Shown here: positions 32,801 through 43,204 of the stretch, piece after piece
How the letters are laid out: each line of letters begins with the position of its first letter
How positions within the stretch are numbered: the first letter of the stretch is position 1
Source of the DNA: Chrysemys picta bellii
Taxonomy: Eukaryota
Length of the DNA stretch: 64,000 nucleotides
Assembly: GCF_011386835.1 (NCBI RefSeq)
Contig: NC_088802.1
Coordinates: forward strand, 1,550,001 to 1,614,000
Reading direction: 5' to 3'
Program-made: the position numbers and the translations under genes
The notes under the pieces: model-generated
The model's input: only the letters and a program-made list of their open reading frames with translations
The model's database searches: none
Told to the model about the DNA's origin: nothing

Positions 32801-34935
32801 TGACCCGCAGGCCCCGCTGGCCCAGCCCAGCCCCGCCCCAGCTCTGCCGGTGCCCCTCACTCCCGACCCGCAGCCCCCGCTAGCCCAGCCCTGCCCCCCC
32901 CAGCTCTGCCGGTGCCCCTCACTCCCGACCCGCAGCCCCCGCTAGCCCAGCCCTGCCCCCCCCAGCTCTGCCAGTGCCCCTCACTCCCCAACCCGCAGCC
33001 CCTGCCAGCCCAGCCCTGCCCCCCCAGCTCTGCCGGTGCCCCTCACTCCCGACCCGCAGCCCCTGCTAGCCCAGCCCTGCCAGTGCCCCCCACTCCTGAC
33101 CTGCAGCACCCCGCCAGCCCCCCCATCCCCCCAGCTCTGCCGGTGCCCCTCACTCCCGACCCACAGCCCCTGCTAGCCCAGCCCTGGGCTCCCGCCATCC
33201 CCCCCGCCAATACCCACCGGAGCTGCCCCCTCCAGTCGCTGTAGTCCTGTTTGGGGAGCACGACGGCCGGGCTGGAGTGGACGGCGAGGGGTAAGCGGCT
33301 CTCCAGATACGCGCTCTGCACCCACCAATCCGAGAGCTGGGGTGGGGGGGCGGGGAGGACAGACCAGGGTTAGAATCGGGGGGCGGGGGTCATGGGGCCT
33401 TTGACCCGAGCTCTCCCCTGCAGCTTCCCCCCCCCGCACCCCAGGCTGAGACCTGGCACAACTTCATTGCACTGATGGGCATGAGCAGAGTCCCCAGCAG
33501 GGGGTGCTGTCCCGGGGCAGCCATCCCACTCCCATCTCCTGTCCCGGATGCCAGGGTCCCCACCATCGCCCCCGTGTTCCCCCCCAAAAGCTCCAGGGAC
33601 CCTCACAGGACTCCTGGGGTCCCCCACCTTTCACCCCTCCCCCAAACTCCTGGGTTCTGCCTGCTCCCAGCCCTGCCCAGGACACCTGGGTCCCCCCCCC
33701 CCCCCCCCCGCAGCTCCCTAACCCCCGGACACCTGGGTCCCCCAAGCTCTACCCAGTTCTCCATGCGGGCGGCTCTGCGCTCCAGCTGGGCCTGCAGCCG
33801 TTCCCCCTCTCCGCCGGGCGCCCCGAACTCCTGCACCAGTTCCCGGGTTTCCTCCAGCTCCTCGGGCGTGACCAGCACCTCCAGCGAGCGCAGGTACCGC
33901 TCCAGCGTCTGGGCCAGCGGGGGCACGGGCTGCCGGGGCAGCGGGAAGGACGAGGCCAGACATCGCGACGGGGGCCCCTGCAGGGACGGGAACGGCTCGA
34001 CTGCACCAAGGGCCACGGGCCCACCTGCCGCCCTGGGCACAGGTGGCTGCCCCCAAAGCGGGAACTGCAACGGGAAAGTCACCAATGCACCACCCAGAGC
34101 CTGGCATCACGCAGCGTCCGGCGCCGGCCTACACAACGCCCCAGGAGCAGCCGGCGTTGAAATGCACCAAGAGCAACCTCGGTTCTCGGCGTCCGGCGCT
34201 GGAAATGCAACGGCCTGCATGCAACGTGGCACCTGCAACCCGCAGACCCAGGGGGGCCCGTCTCCGGCCACGTGCTGGCCAAGCGGCGGGCGCTGCCACC
34301 CTCCACCTTAACCGCGGGTGGCAAAAGCAGACATGCACCAACGGCCCCCCTTGCAAGGTGCAGCCAGAGCGGTCACCGCAATTGCGAACTTGCAATTGTA
34401 ACCGTCACAAATGGGTGTGTGTGTGTGTGGGGGGGGGGGTGTCCCACTTCTAAAGCGGCCAATGCAACAGCCCCCCCCCCGGACCCAAGTTGCAGGCGTC
34501 AAAGGTGCCCCAGGTGGCGGCTTTGCCGATGCAACCGTCAGGGCCCCTCGCTGCAGTTTGCGGAGGTGCCAAAGGGCCGCACGCGCCTCCTGCCGCAAAT
34601 GCACCATCCTGCGCGCTTGCAAAACCGCCCCTGCGCGTCCCCCCCCCCGGAGCGAGGCACGTGCAGCCGGATTCCCCCCGCCCCCGCTTGCAAAGGGGGA
34701 AACGCGCCCCCCCCCCCGGGCTGCAAGTTGCAAAGTTGTAACCCGGCCGGGTGGGTCTGCCCCCCCCCGGGGGGCTTTGCACGGCCGCGCGGCCCCTTGG
34801 CAAGGCCCCCCCCGCACTTCTGCGGCCCAGCAGCTGTTTGCAACGGGGCCCCCCCCGCCCCCCACTCACCGGGGCGCGTGACCCCGGCGCTCGCCTGCAG
34901 CCCCAGGGGGGCAGGAGGAACCTCCAGCGCCCCAT
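23893..34935 (-). CDS. Carnitine O-acetyltransferase-like protein (CRAT paralog) with substituted catalytic His; 14 coding exons
   Basis: Exons 34935-34870, 33977-33753, 33336-33218, 32621-32568, 32337-32172, 31525-31351, 31045-30867, 30579-30479, 29758-29639, 29199-29077, 28935-28799, 27863-27801, 27477-27340 and 24141-23893. Motifs LPRQPVPPL, LSDWW, GNRWFDKTLQ, ALQLAYY, FHLGRTD, DRHLLGLK, PDGYGVCYNP. AATAAA (minus) at 23583-23578. Homopolymer indels in exons 11 and 13. Confidence 0.9.
24440..27340 (-). repeat. 91-bp tandem array (about 30 copies) duplicating the CRAT-like exon 13 3' end and splice donor
   Basis: Sense unit gtactgccccacggcgccccccaactaaccctcacccgccccacggcgcccctacgccatcgccacgcactgccggctgctgaccggccag; variants of about 101 and 133 bp. 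Confidence 0.95.
27864..28798 (-). repeat. About 103-bp tandem array: 9 intron copies separated by 8 18-nt exon-like segments in CRAT-like intron 11
   Basis: Each unit reads gtaacc...ctgac...ggcccccag|GACACGCCCCACGGCCAG|. Segments start (plus coordinates) at 27948, 28051, 28154, 28257, 28361, 28489, 28592 and 28696. Confidence 0.92.
32650..33185. repeat. Minisatellite family A in CRAT-like intron 3
   Basis: Same core repeated. Confidence 0.88.
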
Positions 34936-35139
34936 GCCTGGGGGGGGGGGGGGTTGCAAAGGGCCCCGCGGCTCGGCCGGGCGGGTGGGGCCTGACCCGG
35001 CTGCGATCCCCGCACAGGAAGCAGATGCGGCGGCGGCGGGGCCCTTTGCAGGGAGCTGCCGGCAGAGCCCGACCCGGGCCGGCAGGAGGCGCTGCCGCAA
35101 AGACCCTCCCCGAGCGCCCCTCCCCCAACACAGCCCTGA

Positions 35140-35480
35140 ACATGGGGGGGCTGGGCGCCAGGACTCCTGGGTTCTCTCCCGGCTCTGGGAGGGGAGTGGG
35201 GGCTGGTGGGTTAGAGCAGGGGGGGCTGGGCGCCAGGACTCCTGGGTTCTCTCCCCAGCTCTGGGAGGGGAGTGGGGGCTGGTGGGTTAGAGCAGGGGGG
35301 GCTGGGAGCCAGGACTCCTGGGTTCTCTCCCCAGCTCTGGGAGGGGAGTGGGGGCTGGTGGGTTAGAGCAGGGTGGGCTGGGAGCCAGGACTCCTGGGTT
35401 CTCTCCCCAGCTCTGGGAGTGGAGTGGGGGCTGGTGGGTTAGAGCAGGGGGGGCTGGGAACCAGGACTCCTGGGTTCTCT
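35140..35480. repeat. Minisatellite family B array upstream of the CRAT-like start
   Basis: About 65-bp unit, 5 copies. Confidence 0.85.
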
Positions 35481-35629
35481 CTCCAGCTCAGCCGCAGACC
35501 GTCTTTGGGACTTTGGGCCAATCACGGAATTGCTCCCTGCCCCAAGTGGAGATAATGATCCTTCCTGTGTCTAGTGAGACTGTGAGCTCCTAGGCTCCGG
35601 GGACCGGCTCTCAGAGAGTCACACCCCGT

Positions 35630-35960
35630 CGTGATGGGGCCCGATCTTGGCTGGGGTCTGGGCGGCGCCCGGCGGGCCTCGGCCCCGATCTTGGTTGGAG
35701 TCTGGGCGGTGCCCGGCGCGACAGGGCCCTTATCTCGGTTGGGGTCTGGCCGGCGCCCGGCCCAACGGGGTCCCGATCTTGGCTGGGGTCTGGGCGGAGC
35801 CCGGCACGACGGGGCCCCGATCTCGGCTGGGGTCTGGGCAGAGCCCGGCACGACGGGGCCCCTGATCTCGCCTGGGGTCTGGGCGGAGCCCGGCACGACG
35901 GGGCCCTGATCTCGGCTGGGGTCTGGGCGGAGCTCGGCACGACAGGACCCCGATCTTGGC
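35630..35960. repeat. About 44-bp CpG-rich tandem repeat
   Basis: ccgatctcggctggggtctgggcggagcccggcacgacggggccc, about 8 copies. Confidence 0.85.
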
Positions 35961-36362
35961 CACTGCCCCCATAATGACCCTAGAACTGAGGCAGTGGAAT
36001 TGCTGTTCCCTTTTCTCGGGCGTTGGAGGGGAACCAGACTCATGTTTTTGTTCCGTGACACCCTGGAAAGGTCGACGCGGCTCCTGGAAAGTCCCGGCCA
36101 GGCCCCGACCCTTCCCTTTCCCGAGCTCTCACCGGTCATTGGCGTGTCCGGAGCCGGTCATGCTTTCCAGGGGCGGGTTTGTGTCATGGGGTGAGTGTCA
36201 GGAAACCCCAAACCCCTGCCAGTGCCGGGGAGAGAACCCAGGAGTCCTGGTGCCCAGCCCCCCCCCACCCGGCTGTAACCACCAGCCCCCACTTCCCTCT
36301 CAGGGCACTTAACACATCTGAGTCCCGGTCTGAGGAAGTTTCTTATGTGGTGTGGACCCCGG

Positions 36363-39300
36363 TGTAGATCAATCTCTGATAATTTTCATATGACTTTACA
36401 TTGTGCCTCTTCATATAACCTTGTGGTGGGTCTACCCACGTGTGACCTCTGTTTTCATGGAACTTTGTATCAAGGCCTCATTTAGAAACTTTGCATTGCC
36501 CTTGGTATAATATTATAGCCCCTAAGGATAGAATAAGATAGAAGAAACATTTCTTTTTGCTAGCAGTAGAACAAGAGCTTCCCCCCCCCCCCCCACTCTT
36601 AATCAATTGCCCTGTTGAATGAATGAGGTGTGGATGAGCAAGGCATGGAAGGCAGCACCTCCAGACAGCCTCAATTGTTGGAGAGGGGCTGGGAGCCAGA
36701 CCCAAGTACAATAAAACGTGTCAAGTGGGCTCATTAAAGACAAGCAGACATACTGACGGCCTCGGGGGTTAGAAGCAAGCACCTTCTTTTGGAAACACCC
36801 TCTTTGCAGCATTGGGACAACACTCAAAAGAAAGCAGCACAAAGGACCAATGGACACAGACACAGAGTTTGAATCTGGTATAGATTTGCATAAGAGGAAA
36901 GCTGCTATAAAAGTGAGGTGACTTGCAGAGGACCCCGGGTCTCGTCTTGTCAACATGGGAGCATCGATCCGGATCGGCAGAAGCCCGGCTCCACCCCCTC
37001 CCCCATCTAACTCACCTGGCCAGTGAAGTTAAGGGGAGCAACTAATTGGTAACAACAAGACGGAATGGGTTTGTGTGTGTGTGTGAGTGTAAGTGTAATA
37101 TATTATATGCATATAATACAGTGTTAATGAATACATGTATTACTAATAAATGTGGCGTTTTGCTTATTCCCCCTGAAAAGATCCTGTGCAGTACTTTAAG
37201 TACAACATTTTGGTGGAGAATGCGAAAGGGGGAGCAAGCATAGAACCCACAGTTATTATAAAACTGGTGTGCACACCGCCAGCTTTAGCAAGCCTGGCAC
37301 TATAGGAAAAAGAGCGTAAACTTTCAGTTAATTAACCAAACTCTGAAGGATATAGAGTTTTAGGTTTAAATTGTGTTTCTCACTGTGATCCGGGGAAGGA
37401 TCTAACCAAACTCTGAAGGATATAGGAGTTTAGGTTTCAATTGTGTTGTAGAGGTACATACACCCTCAGCCATAGGAAGGCTGAGCTAAAGAGGAGAACT
37501 TAGTGTTTCTCACTCTGATCCGGGAAGGATCTAATCCGGGGAAGGATTTGTATAATTGGTGTATGAACCCTCGGTGGTAGCAGACCGAGTAATACAGAGG
37601 GAAGCTTAGCGTCTCTCCCTCTGGCCCAGAGTGGGTTAAAAACATAAGATACAGATCTTGTTCTGTTAAGGCAAACTCTGAAGGATATAGGAGTTTGGGC
37701 AGTGTAGTGTGGTTTATGTTTGTTTGTTTTTTTTGTTTTGTTTTGTTTTTGTAAGTAATATTGTGGTAATTTCACAATTTTGAAGAAAATGTTTAAGGAA
37801 CGGGACCAGGAAGGGTGGGGCTAGTTGGAAAGTCCACCCTCCTTGCTAAATTGGTAGTGGAACAAGGCTTGTGCCCATGGAAAGGAACTGTTTATTGGAA
37901 AAAGCAGGATCGGGCCCAGGCAAGCAACAGATAAAAAAACTGAAAAACAGGTTGGTACAGAGAGTTAAAACAGCACTCTCAAATCTTACAGCAGCAGTAA
38001 CATCAGGAGAAGAAACATTTGAGACCCCAGAAGGGGGCAGACCTTTGGGACCCCTCTGGAGATTGGGAAGGGGGATATTTGGGTAAATTCCTCCTCCCAG
38101 GGCCAAAATGCCATTGAAACAGTTAACAACAGTGCCTGCTTCTGCCTCAGATCTCCAGGCCATGGCAAAATGGCTGGAAATTTTAAAACAGAATTTTTTT
38201 TTCCTAGATGGAGTGTTAACGCCCTTTTACTGAGAGAAAGGGAGAATTTACACTCACAAGAAATGCACCACTTAATTAGCATTTGTGCAGCCCCAAGTAC
38301 CAAACACACTGTGGCAGAGACTAAGCAGGTTCTGCCATGGTGGGAGCAGTGTGCTAATTTGTTTCCAAGCTTCTATCTTTCAGGCTCTGAACCAGAACAT
38401 CAGGAGAGCTGGTACCAGCTGAAGAGTTATAAAATACCATGGTTATAGTGTCATGACAAAGTCTGTGTTCAGTGTTCTGTGTTGCATGTTCTGTGTCTGT
38501 CTCTAGTGGTGTCCTGTGCTAGCACTGGGTCCAGAAAAAGAGGAAATACTACACTAGACAGGGTAAATGTCTTTTCCTCTCTCTACTTCCCCCATGTCCA
38601 TCCAATTTATCAATCACCACTTGTGTCCAAAAAACTTTGGTTCCCAGTGCATCAGGTTTATTTTTTGTTAGGTTCTCTAATAGTCATTTTGTTGTTAATT
38701 TTTTGTTCTTAATACATTTGTATTGTTAGTTACATTTGCTTGTATTGTTAATTCCACACTTTCCTCTATGCACTCTGGTTTTATTTCCCCAAGCCCTGAA
38801 GGGTAGTTCTTGGGCCCCCATAACCTGTAAGACCTTGCCCATAATTGTATGGCCCCATCTTTCATGTCCCTAGAAACCTCTGAGAACAACTCTTAAAAAT
38901 AGGGAATTCTAAAACATTTTAGCAACTGAATGTTAGTTTAAGTCCAAATCAGCTTAACCTTGCATAACAACTGTGGTACTCCTACAAAATCTTATTTGTT
39001 GTGTGTGCTTAAGAATGTCCTGACCTCAGTGACGTTTATTGTTTGATGGCTATTGCAGCATCAAACTTGGGCCTCATTTTGTTTGTCAATGTACCCAATT
39101 TTTGTAATGGTAATGGTTCGTTGTATTTCCAATTATTATAATTATAATTGTTTGCATTTGTGTTTATGTTATATCTGGTGTTTAGTCAACTGTAATGGTT
39201 TTAGTATATTCACCTGGTTATAATTGTTTGGTTTGTTTGCAACAAATACAAAAGATTTATATGGTGACCACTCAAGAATTGTTCTTGAGAGGTCAAAAGG

Positions 39301-40136
39301 GGGACAATGTAGATCAATCTCTGATAATTTTCATATGACTTTACATTGTGCCTCTTCATATAACCTTGTGGTGGGTCTACCCACGTGTGACCTCTGTTTT
39401 CATGGAACTTTGTATCAAGGCCTCATTTAGAAACTTTGCATTGCCCTTGGTATAATATTATAGCCCCTAAGGATAGAATAAGATAGAAGAAACATTTCTT
39501 TTTGCTAGCAGTAGAACAAGAGCTCCCCCCCCCCCCCCCACTCTTAATCAATTGCCCTGTTGAATGAATGAGGTGTGGATGAGCAAGGCGTGGAAGGCAG
39601 ACAGCCTCAATTGTTGGAGAGGGGCTGGGAGCCAGACCCAAGTACAATAAAACGTGTCAAGTGGGCTCATTAAAGACAAGCAGACATACTGACGGCCTCG
39701 GGGGTTAGAAGCAAGCACCTTCTTTTGGAAACACCCTCTTTGCAGCATTGGGACAACACTCAAAAGAAAGCAGCACAAAGGACCAATGGACACAGACACA
39801 GAGTTTGAATCTGGTATAGATTTGCATAAGAGGAAAGCTGCTATAGTGAGGAGACTTGCAGAGGACCCCGGGTCTCGTCTTGTCAACATGGGAGCATCGA
39901 TCGCGATCGGCAGAAGCCCGGCTCCACCCCCTCCCCATCTAACTCACCTGGCCAGTGAAGTTAAGGGGAGCAACTAATTGGTAACAACAAGACGGAGTGT
40001 GTTTGTGTGTGTGAGTGTAAGTGTAATATATTATATGCATATAATACAGTGTTAATGAATACATGTATTACTAATAAATGTGGCGTTTTGCCTTATTCCC
40101 CCTGAAAAGATCCTGTGCAGTACTTTAAGTACAACA
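36363..40136 (+). mobile_element. Non-autonomous LTR retroelement (two LTRs of about 830-845 bp; 2.1-kb internal region without pol)
   Basis: LTRs at 36363-37207 and 39308-40136 (TGTAGATC...TACAACA); PBS TGGTGGAGAATGCG at 37211-37224, complementary to the tRNA-Ala 3' end; PPT before 39308; TATAAAA at about 36905 and AATAAA at 37145 in the 5' LTR. No clean TSD (ccgg vs ttgg). Confidence 0.85.
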
Positions 40137-40729
40137 TTGGTTCCCCTTTGTGATCCCGGTTCCCCTTTGCGATCCTGGTTCCCCTTTGCGACCCCGGTTC
40201 CCCTTTGCGACCCCGGTCCCAGTCGGAGCAGCGAAGCCCAGCTGGTTGTGAAGATCCGGCTGTAAAAGCTGCAGCGGTGCTGGTCAGACCAGAGCCCCCA
40301 GCCCCCAGCCCCCGGAGCCCTGCCCGGAGAGGTAAGGACCGACCTCAGCCCGGCCCGGCCCGATGGGTGTGCTAAGGGTCATCATATCTGTTCACTGCTC
40401 GCTATTAACGAACCGCGTTCGCAGGATTCTTGGGCCAAGGTCGGCGCAGTCCTAAGAATTAATACGACTTTCTTTGAGCAAACGATCTCTTGTTCCTGCT
40501 AATCAACCGCGCTGTATTTCGGACTATTCATTACTGCCCAAATAATACAGCGGTGGATGTGTTAGGTCATTGGACACGCCCGGTAATTAATATATCGATT
40601 CTCTCAAACTCCCTTTGATCGTGAGTAGAGATTCTTAGATCTGTCGTTGTTTTAATAGGTACAGTCCGTAGCTCTGAGCTGGTTGTGCACAAAGACTCGT
40701 TAGCAAGTCTGTTTTATTATCATCCTATT

Positions 40730-40897
40730 AAAAGAAGAACAGGAGGACTTGTGGCACCTTAGAGACTAACACATTTATTAGAGCATAAGCTTTCTGGGCT
40801 ACAGCCCACTTCTTCGGACGTTAGTCTCTAAGGTGCCACAAGTCCTCCTGTTCTTTTTGCGGATACAGACTAACACGACTGCTACTCTGAAAACCTG
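40730..40897. mobile_element. Short Penelope-like element remnant with inverted repeat
   Basis: Perfect 36-bp inverted repeat at 40735-40770 / 40820-40855; 10-bp direct repeat TCATCCTATT at 40720-40729 and 40898-40907. Resembles the abundant turtle element containing ...cttgtggcaccttagagactaac. Confidence 0.7.
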
Positions 40898-41528
40898 TCA
40901 TCCTATTGTGCATAAAGACGTTTTTTTCGTCAGACTCGTTTGCGTTAATAAATACACCTGGAGATGTCTTTGTTCTGCGTAGAGTCGGCGAATGCTTTCC
41001 GTTCTGTTCTGACCCGTTCGGAACGGACGGCTAGTCGGTTATTGGGTAGACATAGGAATCATTTTCCATCAGTCTCACTGCGGCTCAAATCGATACATCG
41101 GTTTATTTCTTAGACTCGTGCACCGAAATAGTCATTAATGAGCCTTTTTCATCAGGCTTTTCAGTGTGTTAAATGCGTCCGTATATTGATTGTTGGACAG
41201 AAACAGTAGCGAATACATCTTGATTTCATCGCTAGTAGCTCTGGTTTATTATCCATGCGTTAATATGAGTTAGTGGCGCTGTGTATTGCCTGTCGGATTC
41301 GATTATTATGCGATTTTGCCGGCGTTTGTGTTAATATCTGTGTTGAGGCCGTTGCTGGTGTATTAACCCCTGTGTTGTGATTGTGTGACTCTTACTGGCG
41401 CTGGGTAGCGATTCGATTATGGGCAGTTCTCTGGCATGAATGCATCTTTCAGACTAATACTGCCTGACTCCGACGTCGTGCTAATTAACATCCCTGTATC
41501 TGCAGCCGGCTGGTGTTCGATTCTTGCA

Positions 41529-41648
41529 CAGGGTGACCAGACAGCAAGTGTGAAAAAGCAGGAGGGGGTGGGGGGGTAATAGGAGCCGATATAAGAAAAA
41601 GCCCCAAATCTGGACTGTCCCTATAAACCGGGACCCCTGGTCACCCTA
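41529..41648. mobile_element. 120-bp hAT-type MITE
   Basis: Terminal inverted repeats (C)AGGGTGACCAG...CTGGTCACCCT(A) and 8-bp TSD TTCTTGCA at 41521-41528 and 41649-41656. Confidence 0.85.
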
Positions 41649-42499
41649 TTCTTGCAGGACCCGTAACACTCATGGCTTTGACAGGGTCCTGCCCGTCACC
41701 GTGACCAGCCGCATCGCTCGGGCGATGGCACGAAATGAACGTGTGACCCGGGGCGGGAGGGCGCTGGGCGAGCAATTCGGCGGCCTGGCTCGTGTCACGG
41801 GAGATCCCGGTGTGGGAGGGGGTGTGTGATCCCCCCAGTCCTGGGCCCTTCGTAGCCCTGGGGCTGGCCCAGCAATTCCTTGGCCTGCAGGGCAGAGGGG
41901 CTGGAATGAGGGGGACGCCACCCCCATCCCGCCTGGGGGTCCGGCTTGGTTCAGTGGCTGTCAGCCCCCAGCGGTGCCCACCCAGCCCAGCCCCCTGCCC
42001 CAGGCCGGCGCCGCAGGACTCGGCCCGGGGCCAGTTCCGGCTTTTCCCCGGGTTTCCCCGTCTCCTTCCCAGCCTCTCCAGCCGCCTCTTGACAAGCCTT
42101 CCCAGCGCCCAGTGTTTGCCCTGCAAACGGGCTCGTGTGCCAGCCGGCTCCTGGAGAGCGGGCCGGGTGCCAGGACGCCTGGGTTCTCTCTCCTCAGCTG
42201 GGGGGGTGGGGGAGGGAGATGTGAGCCTGGACTCCTGGGTTCTCTCCCAGGCTCCGGGAGGGGAGGGGATGTGGGAGCCCGGACTCCTGGGTTCTCTGCC
42301 CAGCCCCAGGACGGCGGGGGAGGGGGAATCTGGGAGGCCGGACTCCTGGGTTCTCTCCCCGGCTCCGGGAGGGGGAGCTGGGAGCCCGGACTCCTGGGTT
42401 CTCTGCCCAGCCCCGGGACGGGAGGGAAGGGGGAGCTGGGAGCCCGGGACTCCTGGGTTCTCGGCCCGGCCCCGTGGGGGGGGGGCGGGGATGGAATGC

Positions 42500-42633
42500 T
42501 CATACATCCGTTGCTAGGGAAGCTGCGCGGTTGCCGGGGCCGGGTTCCGGAACTGACGCGGGGGCGGGGGGGCCGCTCGCCCGGGACGGAAGTAAACAAG
42601 GCACCGGCCGGATCGCGGGGGGGCCCCGCTCAG
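42500..42633 (+). promoter_or_regulatory. PPT2 CpG promoter and non-coding first exon
   Basis: CpG-rich, ETS CGGAAGT at about 42586, forkhead GTAAACAA at about 42591, donor CAG|gtgaga at 42633/42634. Acceptor before the coding exon ends at 43172. Confidence 0.55.
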
Positions 42634-43204
42634 GTGAGACCCGCCCCCCCGGCAGTGGGGGAGGGGCAGCCGCGCTGCATTCCGGGGGAGCGGACCCAGG
42701 AGTCCTGGCCCCTGAAGGGGGGGGACTTAAACCCCCCCCCCGGGGTGCGAGGGAGTTTGGGGGTCCTCCCCGGAGCCCCCCGGGTGCATTACGGGGGGGA
42801 CGGACCCGGCTGGCTGCAGGGGACAGAGGCGGGGGGGGGGCTAGAAACTTTGCAGTGGGGGGTGACCCTCAAAGGGGCCCCTTCCCCAGAGCGCGGGGGG
42901 GGGGCGGAGAAAGGGGGTGAAGTGATCTGCCCTGCACCCCCATTGGGGACCCGGACTCCTGGGTCCCACCCCAGCGCTGGGGGTAGGGGGGAGCTGGGAG
43001 CCCGGACTCCTGGGTTCCACCCCGGCGCTGGGAGGGGGGTGGGGGCTGGTGGGTTAGAGCAGGGGGGGACTGGGAGGCCGGACCCCTGGGTTCTCTCCTC
43101 CCTGCTTGCAAAACGGGGGTGCGGTGGAGGGATCTGGGGGTGAACCTCAACATGTGTCTCTCTCCTGCCCAGACCCCCCTGCGCCGCGGTTCGATTCCAG
43201 GACG

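Noticed and set aside
23893-34935. Calling the CRAT-like gene a pseudogene
   Set aside because: All lesions are single-base indels in G/C runs, the same error type hits PRRT1, and splice sites and frames are otherwise intact. Left as a CDS pending read-level checks.
37211-37224. tRNA-like sequence here and at 51144-51162
   Set aside because: These are primer-binding sites complementary to tRNA 3' ends, not tRNA genes.
37208-39307. Short ORFs in the interior of the non-autonomous LTR element as gag/env
   Set aside because: No recognisable retroviral motifs; all are under 110 aa.
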